Shown: positions 50,548-60,009 of the stretch, piece by piece
How positions within the stretch are numbered: position 1 is the stretch's first letter
Layout of the letters: each line of letters opens with the position of its first letter
NCBI GenBank assembly: GCA_965140585.1
Contig: OZ223264.1
Span: forward strand, 448,001 to 512,000
DNA from: Spirochaetia bacterium
Lineage (GTDB): Bacteria; Spirochaetota; Spirochaetia; UBA9216
DNA length: 64,000 bases
Direction: 5' to 3'
Translations under genes and position numbers: made by a program
The notes under the pieces: generated by a model
Databases searched by the model: none
Told to the model about the DNA's origin: nothing
The model's input: only the letters and a program-made list of their open reading frames with translations

Positions 50548-51638
50548 TCGGCAGCCTCCATACTATTATTGTCCGCTGAACTGTTTCTGATTATTTTCAG
50601 CTTGTAGTCGGTGAATACCGAGCCGGCAAGCATCGGGAAGAGAATCATACCCTGCATAACCTGACCCATCGCGGCAGGCAGCTGCATCATAATCTGTACG
50701 CTGTCGCCTCCGACAAGAAGTCCGGCCATTACAACCGAGGTAAAAATACAGGCTATTGGGTTAAGCTGGCTCATCCAGGCAATGATAATTGCCGTATAAC
50801 CGTAGCCGAGGGAAAGTCCCTGCTGCAGCCTCCGGGCGATCCCGGTAACCTCCGTGGCTCCGGCCAGTCCTGCCACAGCTCCTGATACAAGCAGTGCCAG
50901 CATTATGTTCCGTTCTATACTTACACCCAGAACCCTGGCTGCTTTGCGGTTTTTTCCTATCATCTGCAGTTCAAATCCCCAGCGGGTCTTGTAAACCACG
51001 AACCACAGCAGTACTGCAATTGCAATGGCAAAAAAGAGTCCGGCATGTGCTCTTCCGTAAAAACGGGGAAGCCATGCGGCTTCCGGGAACTTTGCAGAAC
51101 CCGGAAATCCAAACCCTTCCGGGTCTCGCCATGGGCCGTGATATATTCCGTCATAGATGAGTATCGCAATGTAGTTGAGCATAAGCGTGGTGAGCGTCTC
51201 ATCGGTTTTAAGTTTTATCTTTAAAAGTGCGGGAATTCCTGCCCATAGACCGCCTGCAGCGGCGCCGATTATCAGTGTTACAGGCAGAAGCAGAAAGGGC
51301 GGGAGCCAGGATGACCAGAACAGGGCAACCCAGGCTGCCGCTATTCCTCCAAGTACTATCTGACCCTCTGCTCCTATGTTCCAGAACTTGAGCCTGAAGG
51401 CTATTGATACGCCAAGACTTGCAAGCATCAGCGGAATTGCTTTTACCAGAGTTTCGCTGAAATCACGCATTGATCCGAAGGCTCCGCGAAGCATAGCAGA
51501 AAATGTTACAAAGGGATTAATATCAAAAATTCCGAGCATCAGTGCTGTAAGAACAAGCGATACGGCGAATGAAATAACCGGTGTAAGCACAGTGGCCGAT
51601 CCGGAATAGGCTTTCCTTTTGACAAAAATAATTTTCAT
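50544..51638 (-). CDS. Nucleoside/purine ABC transporter permease
   Basis: WNIGAEGQ, TLMLNY and GYGYTAI motifs. Confidence 0.92.
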   Translation of the reverse strand: MKIIFVKRKAYSGSATVLTPVISFAVSLVLTALMLGIFDINPFVTFSAMLRGAFGSMRDFSETLVKAIPLMLASLGVSIAFRLKFWNIGAEGQIVLGGIAAAWVALFWSSWLPPFLLLPVTLIIGAAAGGLWAGIPALLKIKLKTDETLTTLMLNYIAILIYDGIYHGPWRDPEGFGFPGSAKFPEAAWLPRFYGRAHAGLFFAIAIAVLLWFVVYKTRWGFELQMIGKNRKAARVLGVSIERNIMLALLVSGAVAGLAGATEVTGIARRLQQGLSLGYGYTAIIIAWMSQLNPIACIFTSVVMAGLLVGGDSVQIMMQLPAAMGQVMQGMILFPMLAGSVFTDYKLKIIRNSSADNNSMEAAE

Positions 51639-53206
51639 TCACTGCCCCCGGCTGCTGCATTTTCTTCGGGGACTCCGGCCATCATCAGCCCCAGTTTATT
51701 GATATCAGCGTTTTTGCTGTCCACTATTCCCATAATCCTGCCTTCGAACATTACCGCTATCCGGTCTGAAACAGTGAGCAGTTCCTCCAGATCTTCCGAC
51801 ACCAGAAGCACTGCCTTTCCGCAGTCCCTCTGCTTGACCATCTGAAGCCTTACTGCTTCAGTAGCTCCTACATCAAGGCCTCTGGACGGGTAAGCTGCAA
51901 CCAGAAGTCCGCCGCATGCATCAATTTCTCTTGCAAGAATTGTTTTCTGGATGTTCCCTCCGGAGAGGAATTTTACATGTGTATGCGGTCCAGGCGTTGT
52001 AATGCTGAATGCGGAAATCATTTTTTTTGCAAAATCGAGTATCTTTGAGGAGCTCATGACTCCCCGGCTGACGATGGGCTGCTTTCTGTAGCCCTTCATT
52101 ACAAGGTTGTTTGCAACGCTCATATCGCCGACTATTCCCATTGCAACCCTGTCCGAGGGGATATGGCTTACACCGGCCTTTATCAGTTCGAGCGGCTGTC
52201 TGTTTGTCCGGTTGCTGCCGTTAAGCATAATCTGTCCGGATGATACATTTCGAAGGCCGGTAACAGCTTCGGTCAGTTCAACCTGACCGTTTCCTGCAAC
52301 TCCGGCTACACCCAGAACTTCCCCCTCACGTATGGTGAGATTTACATCCTTAAGAACAGCTTTTTCATGTTCGCTTACAGCTGTTACATTCTTCAGTTCC
52401 AGTACCGGGTCTCCCGGTTCAGACGGTTTTTTATTTATATTGAAAAGAACTTCCCTTCCGACCATTAAACGGGCCAGTTCCTCCGGGTTTGTCTGTGCTG
52501 TTTCCTTAACTGCTATCAGCTTTCCCTTCTGCAGAACTCTTACCCAGTCGGAGAATTCCATTACTTCTTCCATCTTGTGGGTTATGAAAATGGCTGATTT
52601 TCCTTCCGAAGTCATCTGCTTGATAACAGCATTGAGTTCTGCAGACTCCTGGGGTGTTAGGACCGCTGTAGGTTCGTCAAGGATTAGAATGTCCGCACCT
52701 CGGTAGATCAGTTTGAGAATCTCAACCCGCTGGCGTTCTCCTACGCTCAGCCGTCCGACAAGGGCACGCGGATTCACCTTTAGATCATAGTGTTCGGAAA
52801 TTTCCTTTATCCGCTTTTCTGCCTCTCTTAGATCGGGAATGAAATTCTGGTGAAGATCGCCAAGAATTACATTCTCAATCACACTCATTGTATCTACGAG
52901 TTTAAAATTCTGATGGACCATTCCGATCCCGAGTTCCATGGAGTCCTTCGGTGAGGAAATATTCACCTTCTTTCCATGCAGGAAGATCTCCCCCTCATCC
53001 GGTCTGTAAAGTCCGATCAGGACGTTCATCAGTGAGCTTTTACCTGCACCGTTTTCACCAAGCAGGGCAAGTACTTCTCCGCTGAAAAGTTCCAGATCGA
53101 CGTGATCATTCGCAAGCACTCCCGGGAACTGTTTGGTAATCCCTCTCATTTCCAGGATCATATGAGGGGCCGTATTATCTGTATTCTGATTTTCTGTTGG
53201 AATCAA
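51635..53206 (-). CDS. Tandem ABC ATPase (CUT2 type)
   Basis: GENGAGKS, LSVGERQ, LDEPT and LSGGNIQK. Confidence 0.94.
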   Translation of the reverse strand: MIPTENQNTDNTAPHMILEMRGITKQFPGVLANDHVDLELFSGEVLALLGENGAGKSSLMNVLIGLYRPDEGEIFLHGKKVNISSPKDSMELGIGMVHQNFKLVDTMSVIENVILGDLHQNFIPDLREAEKRIKEISEHYDLKVNPRALVGRLSVGERQRVEILKLIYRGADILILDEPTAVLTPQESAELNAVIKQMTSEGKSAIFITHKMEEVMEFSDWVRVLQKGKLIAVKETAQTNPEELARLMVGREVLFNINKKPSEPGDPVLELKNVTAVSEHEKAVLKDVNLTIREGEVLGVAGVAGNGQVELTEAVTGLRNVSSGQIMLNGSNRTNRQPLELIKAGVSHIPSDRVAMGIVGDMSVANNLVMKGYRKQPIVSRGVMSSSKILDFAKKMISAFSITTPGPHTHVKFLSGGNIQKTILAREIDACGGLLVAAYPSRGLDVGATEAVRLQMVKQRDCGKAVLLVSEDLEELLTVSDRIAVMFEGRIMGIVDSKNADINKLGLMMAGVPEENAAAGGSE

Positions 53207-53290
53207 CGCGGGTTCCGCCTTCCATTAAATGTAGTTGAAAGGCACGGGACAGAAAGCCCCGTACCGTGATAATAAAAAGTATCTTTGGTT

Positions 53291-54397
53291 TTACTGGCTT
53301 ATTTTGCCTTCAACGCCTTCTACGAACCAGCTCATTCCAAGCAAGTCGCCGTCTGAAGGTGAAGTACCGGCTGCAATTTTAACGCTGCCGCTCTGATCTT
53401 TAACAGGTCCGCTGAATACGTCCCATGAACCTGATTCAATCTTTGCTGCTTCTTCAGCAATAAGAGCCTTTGTTGCATCGTCTACAAGCGGGCTGAAGTC
53501 TGAAAGTTTAACAACCCCTTCCTTGAGACCGCCCCAGTACTGATCGGCTGTCCAGGTTCCGTTCATACCTGCTTCGATTCTGTCGATGTAGTATGTTGAG
53601 AACTCCCACATTGCACTTACAAGTACGCTGTCGCCTACGAATTTACCCATGTCTGAGTGGTAGCCTACAGATACGGCGCCTCTCTCCTGTGCTGCTTTCT
53701 GCGGTTCGGTTGTATCCTGGTGCTGAGCAATAACGTCAGCGCCTGAATCGAGAAGTGCTACAGCAGCTTCTCTTTCAAGAACGGGATCATACCATGTGCT
53801 TGTCCAGACAACCTTAACTACTGCATCCGGATTAACTTTCTTTACACCGAGTGTAAAAGCGTTGATTCCGCGGATAACTTCAGGAATAGGGAAGGCGCCT
53901 ACATAGCCGATGATGTTGCTCTTGGTAGCCTTACCTGCTGCAATACCGCTTAAGTATCTTGCCTGGTAGATTCTTCCGAAGTAGTTGCCCATGTTGTCGA
54001 GGGTTTTATATCCAGAGCAGTGCTCGAAGAGTACATCAGGGAATTCCTCAGCAACTTCAAGTGTAGGATCCATGTAGCCGAAAGATGCTGTGAAAATCAT
54101 CTGACATCCCTGCTGTGCTAGCTGGCGGATAACTCTGGTTGCATCAGGACCTTCAGGCACGTTCTCAACAAATACTGTTTCGATCTTGTCTCCGAGGGCT
54201 TCAACTGCGCCGAGTCTTCCACGGTCGTGTTCGTATGTCCAGCCCAGGTCTCCCGGAATACTGAGATATACAAAACCGACCTTGTACGGCTGTGTTTCTG
54301 GCGACGCGGCGGGTTCTTCCTTTGACCCTCCGGCAAAAGCAACTGCTGAAACCATAACCAGCAGTACAATAAGAAGCGGAAAAATGTGTTTTTTCAT
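53291..54397 (-). CDS. BMP-family substrate-binding protein (purine/nucleoside)
   Basis: Signal peptide ending FAGGSKE; D.GWTY.H, YLSG, EVIRGINAF and QHQD. Confidence 0.92.
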   Translation of the reverse strand: MKKHIFPLLIVLLVMVSAVAFAGGSKEEPAASPETQPYKVGFVYLSIPGDLGWTYEHDRGRLGAVEALGDKIETVFVENVPEGPDATRVIRQLAQQGCQMIFTASFGYMDPTLEVAEEFPDVLFEHCSGYKTLDNMGNYFGRIYQARYLSGIAAGKATKSNIIGYVGAFPIPEVIRGINAFTLGVKKVNPDAVVKVVWTSTWYDPVLEREAAVALLDSGADVIAQHQDTTEPQKAAQERGAVSVGYHSDMGKFVGDSVLVSAMWEFSTYYIDRIEAGMNGTWTADQYWGGLKEGVVKLSDFSPLVDDATKALIAEEAAKIESGSWDVFSGPVKDQSGSVKIAAGTSPSDGDLLGMSWFVEGVEGKISQ

Positions 54398-54455
54398 TTT
54401 AAATACCCCTTTTAGGAAAAATAAAAAAGTATTTTACTTCTTAGGAGGTAATAAA

Positions 54456-54962
54456 TCAACCGTGTGAATCAATATCTACAGCATCCCAGGGGTAGCATAT
54501 CCACTTGTCTTCAATTTCTTCACCGACATAGTATCGGTTTATCTCTTCAGGAATAATGCCGCGCTTCTCCTTTAGTTTGTTGTGAAGTACTGCAACGGCT
54601 ATTTCAGAGGGTTCGTCACTCAGGAGCTCTCTGAGACAGTATTCAAGGGTGGTTCGTGAGTCATCAACCTCGTCAACAAGAAGAATCTTCTTCCCCTTCA
54701 GCTTTTTTTCGACTTCATCGATCCACTGGATTTTTTCTGGAGCAGCCTTCGGCTGATTGTTTTTGTCGTAAAGCGAAAGGCCTACAGTCAGAATGGGTCT
54801 TGCAATGAAGGTTTTTATGATTCTGGCCGGAATAAAACCACCGGTTCCTATTGCAACAATAAGATCAGGGTCGTATCCTGATTCAATTATCTCTTCAGCA
54901 AGGTTCTTTATTGTTTTATGTATCTGATTATACGTATAATAGATCTTCTGGGGTTCTGACAT
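54456..54962 (-). CDS. Purine phosphoribosyltransferase (xanthine/hypoxanthine/guanine)
   Basis: PRPP motif LLVDEVDDSRTT, IGTGGFIPAR and YPW; first gene of the purine ABC operon. Confidence 0.88.
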   Translation of the reverse strand: MSEPQKIYYTYNQIHKTIKNLAEEIIESGYDPDLIVAIGTGGFIPARIIKTFIARPILTVGLSLYDKNNQPKAAPEKIQWIDEVEKKLKGKKILLVDEVDDSRTTLEYCLRELLSDEPSEIAVAVLHNKLKEKRGIIPEEINRYYVGEEIEDKWICYPWDAVDIDSHG

Positions 54963-55023
54963 GTAAATCTCCGTGTTTGTGGATGGAAGTCAGAATAATG
55001 AACTGAAAATAACTTTTCAAGTG

Positions 55024-55060
55024 AGCTTTTTGCAAAACTCGGTTAGTTTTGCAAAAAGCT
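55024..55060. repeat. Perfect 16-bp inverted repeat
   Basis: AGCTTTTTGCAAAACT-cggtt-AGTTTTGCAAAAAGCT. Confidence 0.9.
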
Positions 55061-55071
55061 TTGAAGCAAAA

Positions 55072-55091
55072 TTTTACATAATCATGTAAAA
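55072..55091. promoter_or_regulatory. Operator-like palindrome
   Basis: TTTTACAT-aatc-ATGTAAAA in the divergent promoter region. Confidence 0.45.
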
Positions 55092-55139
55092 CATTATTTA
55101 ATAACAAATTGTAAAATTTTCTTCATTTACATTAAGGTC

Positions 55140-55172
55140 GCAATTTCAAAACTTTCTAAGTTTTGAAATTGC
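55140..55172. repeat. Perfect 15-bp inverted repeat
   Basis: GCAATTTCAAAACTT-tct-AAGTTTTGAAATTGC. Confidence 0.9.
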
Positions 55173-55218
55173 CTCAAGTGCAACGCACTATTTTTCGAGA
55201 ATATAATCAGAGGAAGAA

Positions 55219-58200
55219 ATGATCAGGATTAAAAATATAATTTTCGGGTTAATGATTGCCGGATGCGGACTTCTTGTGGCTTTTCTGGGCTTTAATATTG
55301 TGCAGAGTACTGTTTCACTAGGCAGTTTTTCGGCAGGAAGCAATACAGTGAAAGTTCCTGAGGGCAAAACAGTCTCTCTGGACAGCCGTTGGCTGTTTGT
55401 AAAAGATGAGCTTGTCGCTCCTGAAGATGCTGCAGTGAGATTCAGCAGTGTCACCGGTACAATTTCACCTAAGATTTTTCCTTCAGGATCCGGAAGTCTG
55501 TATCTTATTCTTGATATCGATGAATCCTGTAAGAATCCGGCGCTTCTTATTAATCCTGTTTATTCCGCTTTTTCAGTTTATATTAATGGTAATTATGCCG
55601 GCGGAGCCGGTTCGCCTGCAGAAAATTACTCCGGTGAAACGGCTTCAACCGATACAATGATTATTCCCTTTCAGACCGACTCCTCAAAGATTGGAATTCT
55701 GATCCATATATCAAACTTTTCACATTACTATGGCGGAAGCCTGCTTAACTGGGTTGAGCTGGGCCGCTTTGATAATATTGTAAAGCGGGAACGCTTCGGC
55801 AAGATTCTTGATTCGCTGATGTTTTTTATGATGCTGGCCTTTGCGGTGATGCACTTTATTAATCAGTTTTACCAGAAGAAAAGGGATTACAGCATGTTTT
55901 TCTCTCTATTCTGCTTTTTCTATTCGCTCTATGTTCTTACAACCGGCAGAATGCTGCTTACCGCCATAATCCCGCAGATTCCACTCGGGCTGGTTTTCAG
56001 GCTTGAGATTATTTTTCTGATATTTTCAGTTCCTCTGCTTGCAAATTATTTCCGTTCGCTTTTCAGTTCCGAGGTTCCGAGATGGTTTGTCATAATTCTG
56101 CAGACAGCGGCTATACCCTTTACTCTGGTGATGGCTGCAGCGCCCCTCTGGATTACTGTCTATGCGGCAAGGGGCTTCATTGCCGTACAGGCCGCAGCAT
56201 TTCTTTTCCTGCTGATCTTCATCATAAGAGCTGTAGCTGCCCACCGGAAATTCAGCAAAATGTCGCTTTTAAGTTTTTCAGTCTTTTTTCTTGTTATGCT
56301 GAATGACGGATTGATTCTGCTTGGTCTGATACATTCGATAAAACTGATATGGGCAGGAGTCTTTCTCTTTATCCTTCCTCAGACATACAAGGTTATAGTA
56401 GACGGATTTACCGATCTGAGAGAATTTCAAACACTGCATATGCAGCTTGCAGCAGTGACAAAGCAGAAAGATCTCTTCTTTTCAAAGAATTCCGATGAAC
56501 TTGCCAAACCAATACATAATATAGTTGAATTGGGTGAGAGCCTGCTGCGAGGCTCAATAGGTCCGCTCAATTCCGAGCAGATAGCAACATCCTCGCTTAT
56601 CGTCTCAAACGGAATCAGGCTTTCCAATATGGTCAACGATCTTGTGGACTTTACCGTCATTAAGGAAAAAACGGTTAAACTCAATTTCGGATCTGTGGAT
56701 CTGTTCAAGGTTTCCAGAAAGGTTATAAGCAGCTGTGACGCCCTTGTTGCAGTTCGGGATCTCTCTCTGATGAGTGAAATTAACAGAGATGATCCTTTTG
56801 CCTACGGAGATGAACGGCGTATTGAGCAGATTCTCTATAATATAATCACAACCTGTATCAGGCATCTTACCAGCGGAAGTATAAATATATCCGCAGATTT
56901 TACAGATACTCATGCTGAACTCAGGATTAAGACTGAAGGCTGCAGTATGGCCGAAGATGCAATAATGCAGCTTCTGAATGTGGAAATCTCAATGTCGAAG
57001 GATAATGAAAGCGAGGATATGGGTGAGATGAGTCTCGCTATCGCATATATTCTGGCAGAGATGCATTCCAGCAGGGTTAATGTTGAAAAGCAGGAGGATG
57101 GCTCGGTTCTGTTCAGCCTTAAACTTGAAAAGTGGGCAGGAGAGGAGCCTCTGAGTGACGAGGAATACCTTGAGATGGATGCACTCATAAATTTGCAGCC
57201 CGTCTTTGATGAGGTTACATCTGACAGGGATATTGAAGTGCTTCTTCTCGGAAAGGATGTAGAAGAACTTCAGATCATGAAAAGCCAGCTCGCCTCAATG
57301 AATTATACGGTAATCCCGATGTTCAACGGCAGAGATGCACTATCCCGCATAAAAAGCGATCCGCCTAATCTGGTAATTGTAAATGTGAAGCTTACGGATA
57401 TGAGCGGATATGATGTCTGCAGCGAAATAAGAACAGTGTATTCAAAAGATGCCCTTCCTGTAATTCTTGTTATGAATAAGGAAGACATGAGTGAAATGAT
57501 GGAAGGGCTAACCTCCGGGGCTAATGACTTCCTTTCTCGCCCGTACATTCAGGAGGAGTTCCTGACAAGGGTAAATACTCATCTCCAGCTTTCAAGAATC
57601 AGCACTGTATACAGCCGCTTCGTTCCAACGGAGTTTCTGCGTTCACTGGGGTCGCATAATATTGTGGATGTTGAACTCGGTGATCAGGTACAGAAGGAGA
57701 TGACAATCCTTTTTGTTGATATCCGTGCATTCACAAACCTGTCTGAAAATATGACTCCGGAGGAAAACTTCAAATTTATCAATTCCTACCTGAGCCGCTT
57801 CAGCCCCATGATAACCAATAACGGAGGGTTTGTTGACAAATACATCGGTGATGCCATCATGGCGCTTTTTCCCAACAGTCCAGAAGATGCAATCAGAGCA
57901 GCAAATCAGATGATTGAGCATGTGGCTGTATACAACGGACATCGTGCCAATGTCGGCTACCGTGCCATCAATATCGGAGTCGGTATCCATACCGGTAACA
58001 TGATTCTGGGAATCATCGGTGATGAAACAAGAATGCAGGGAACCGTTATATCGGATGCTGTAAACCTTGCCAGCCGTATTCAGGATGTTACCAAGCTCTA
58101 CAAGGCCAATGTCGTAATCAGTCAGGAAAGCTTCATGAAAATTGATGATATGATGAATCATAACTTCCGCTTTCTAGGCCGTGTACGGGTAAAGGGCAAG

Positions 58201-58449
58201 GACCAGGCTGTAGCTCTATTTGAAATATTTGACGCCGATACCGAGGAACTGAGAGAGCTTAAGAACAATACCAAGACTGACTTTGAGCAGGCAATTATGA
58301 AATTTTCACTGAAGGATTTTGATGGAGCGCTGGCACTTCTTCAGAGAGTCATGGAACTCAATCCAAATGACAGTACTGCTCAAGTCTTTATTGAACGTAT
58401 AGAAAAAATGCAGATTGCTGAAAAGAAGAACTTTCTTACTTCTCTTTAA
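55219..58449 (+). CDS. 7TM-DISM-like sensor + degenerate His kinase + pseudo-receiver + class III adenylate cyclase
   Basis: Seven TM segments; SDELAKP; GDERRIEQILYN; IVNVKL; VDIRAF, DKYIGD and TVISDAVNLASR. Confidence 0.9.
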   Translation: MIRIKNIIFGLMIAGCGLLVAFLGFNIVQSTVSLGSFSAGSNTVKVPEGKTVSLDSRWLFVKDELVAPEDAAVRFSSVTGTISPKIFPSGSGSLYLILDIDESCKNPALLINPVYSAFSVYINGNYAGGAGSPAENYSGETASTDTMIIPFQTDSSKIGILIHISNFSHYYGGSLLNWVELGRFDNIVKRERFGKILDSLMFFMMLAFAVMHFINQFYQKKRDYSMFFSLFCFFYSLYVLTTGRMLLTAIIPQIPLGLVFRLEIIFLIFSVPLLANYFRSLFSSEVPRWFVIILQTAAIPFTLVMAAAPLWITVYAARGFIAVQAAAFLFLLIFIIRAVAAHRKFSKMSLLSFSVFFLVMLNDGLILLGLIHSIKLIWAGVFLFILPQTYKVIVDGFTDLREFQTLHMQLAAVTKQKDLFFSKNSDELAKPIHNIVELGESLLRGSIGPLNSEQIATSSLIVSNGIRLSNMVNDLVDFTVIKEKTVKLNFGSVDLFKVSRKVISSCDALVAVRDLSLMSEINRDDPFAYGDERRIEQILYNIITTCIRHLTSGSINISADFTDTHAELRIKTEGCSMAEDAIMQLLNVEISMSKDNESEDMGEMSLAIAYILAEMHSSRVNVEKQEDGSVLFSLKLEKWAGEEPLSDEEYLEMDALINLQPVFDEVTSDRDIEVLLLGKDVEELQIMKSQLASMNYTVIPMFNGRDALSRIKSDPPNLVIVNVKLTDMSGYDVCSEIRTVYSKDALPVILVMNKEDMSEMMEGLTSGANDFLSRPYIQEEFLTRVNTHLQLSRISTVYSRFVPTEFLRSLGSHNIVDVELGDQVQKEMTILFVDIRAFTNLSENMTPEENFKFINSYLSRFSPMITNNGGFVDKYIGDAIMALFPNSPEDAIRAANQMIEHVAVYNGHRANVGYRAINIGVGIHTGNMILGIIGDETRMQGTVISDAVNLASRIQDVTKLYKANVVISQESFMKIDDMMNHNFRFLGRVRVKGKDQAVALFEIFDADTEELRELKNNTKTDFEQAIMKFSLKDFDGALALLQRVMELNPNDSTAQVFIERIEKMQIAEKKNFLTSL

Positions 58450-59064
58450 TCAGACTGTAGCGTCAGCAATAGCGACTCTGTTTCTACCTGATTCTTTAGC
58501 TTTTTACAGAGCATTGTCGGCACGTGCGAAAATTGATTCAAAATCATCATCCGTTTTATAGCATGAAACCCCTATGCTTACGGTTATAACGGAGCCGGCA
58601 ATAGTGATTTCTTCAACAGTTGATACAAGCTTGTCGCATAGATCCCAAAGTTCTTCACTTATTTCATAAAGGTTTTCATAAGGGGGTTGAACCTCCCTTT
58701 GAATCATTATAGCCTGCAGAAGGCTGTCCCACAGTCTTTCAATCTCAAGAGTGTATTTATGAATCTGCGTTTTATATTTTAAGCTGATGATTACTGTTTC
58801 GGTCTTTTTCAGGATATCTATTTTGTTGTCGATGATATTTATCTGTTCAGCTGTATCAAGTTTATAAATCTCATTTTTAACCAGCCTCTGGATTCCACCT
58901 CTTATCCGCCCGGTTCCATTAAGCATTGTTGAAAAAAAACCAATCTGTCTTGAAATACTGAAAATAATAACACTTGTGATGATAAGAATAATAAGCATAA
59001 TTGATGATACAATGAGTAGATTCGTTGTTACTGATCGCTGATCCTGTCCCCGTCTTTGTTTCAT
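58450..59064 (-). pseudogene. Diguanylate cyclase remnant (NarX/PilJ-like sensor fused to GGDEF C-terminal tail)
   Basis: LNGTGRIRGGIQRLVK sensor, then ITVSIGV...ARADNAL*KAKESGRNRV; in-frame TAA at 58504-58506; no GGDEF core. Confidence 0.8.
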
Positions 59065-59118
59065 ATCTGACAGTTTTAAGTATTATTTTTAAGGGAGCGT
59101 ATATCAAGTCCGGAGATT

Positions 59119-59953
59119 TTATTGTGTAAAGGCCTCAATTCTGACTGACGGCAGTCCCTGCTCTGTAATTTGATGTTTCCCCGTCAGCAGACTGAAGATT
59201 TCTGCGGCGTTCTGAATTGCCTTGCCCTTATGATGGTTATTGAAGGTAATCAGAAGCCTGTTGACTCTTGAGGCTATTTCCTCAATACGGCATAACCAGG
59301 ACTGAAGCTCGTGGTTATTGTACAGGTAATCGTAGCGGCTGGTGCTGTCTCCACCCCACCAGTTTTCTGCGTTCCGGCCGTGAAAGCGGATGTATCCGAT
59401 ATCTGAAGTTGTTACCGATGTCGGCAGCGGTAGTTTGTCGAGCAGCGGGAGATCTGTCTGCACAAAACAGATATTTCTTGCTGAAAAAATCATGGTACAC
59501 CTTTTCAAGCATCCATTCACTGTTGCGGAACTCAATGCACAGCGGGAGTCCGGAAAGTATTCCTGTCAGTTCTGATAGATAGAGCCTGTTGGTTCGGTTG
59601 TGATGAAAACTGAAGGGGAACTGAATAAGTACCGAGGCCAGCCTGTCCTTTTCTTTCATCGGTGTGAGTGCGTGATAGAAGGTCTCTGCATCCTGCTGCC
59701 ATCCCTTTCCCCTGCCGTGTGTCAGGCTCTGGAAGGCCTTGACTGAAAACCGGAATGTTTCCGGCGTCTGGGTGACGAAGTTTAGAATCTGACTGCGCTC
59801 GGGCATCCGGTAATAGGAATAATTGAGTTCGCAGAGAGGGAAGCGTTCGCTGTAAAAACCCAGGTACTCATCTTTTCTGAGGGTTTCCGGATAGAAAACG
59901 CTCTTCCAGTCGGGATAATAGTAGCCGGATGTTCCGATAAGGATTTCAGCCAT
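59119..59953 (-). pseudogene. DUF72 (YecE/YunF) protein, frameshifted at an A6 run (59484-59489)
   Basis: IGTSGYYY.DW...FYP, FSVKA, QFP.SF and EFR in one frame; YIRFHGR, YDYLY and FNNH in another; may be a sequencing error. Confidence 0.8.
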
Positions 59954-60009
59954 GGCAGTCATTATATCTGTGCTTGCACATAAAATCCATATCCGGTTAT
60001 TATTTGAAC

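Noticed and set aside
55024-55172. CRISPR array or purine riboswitch upstream of the purine operon
   Set aside because: Palindromes are not identical regularly spaced direct repeats, there are no cas genes, and no purine-aptamer consensus was seen
58504-58506. Programmed stop-codon readthrough or recoding
   Set aside because: The gene also lacks its catalytic core, so decay is simpler; TAA ends many normal genes here
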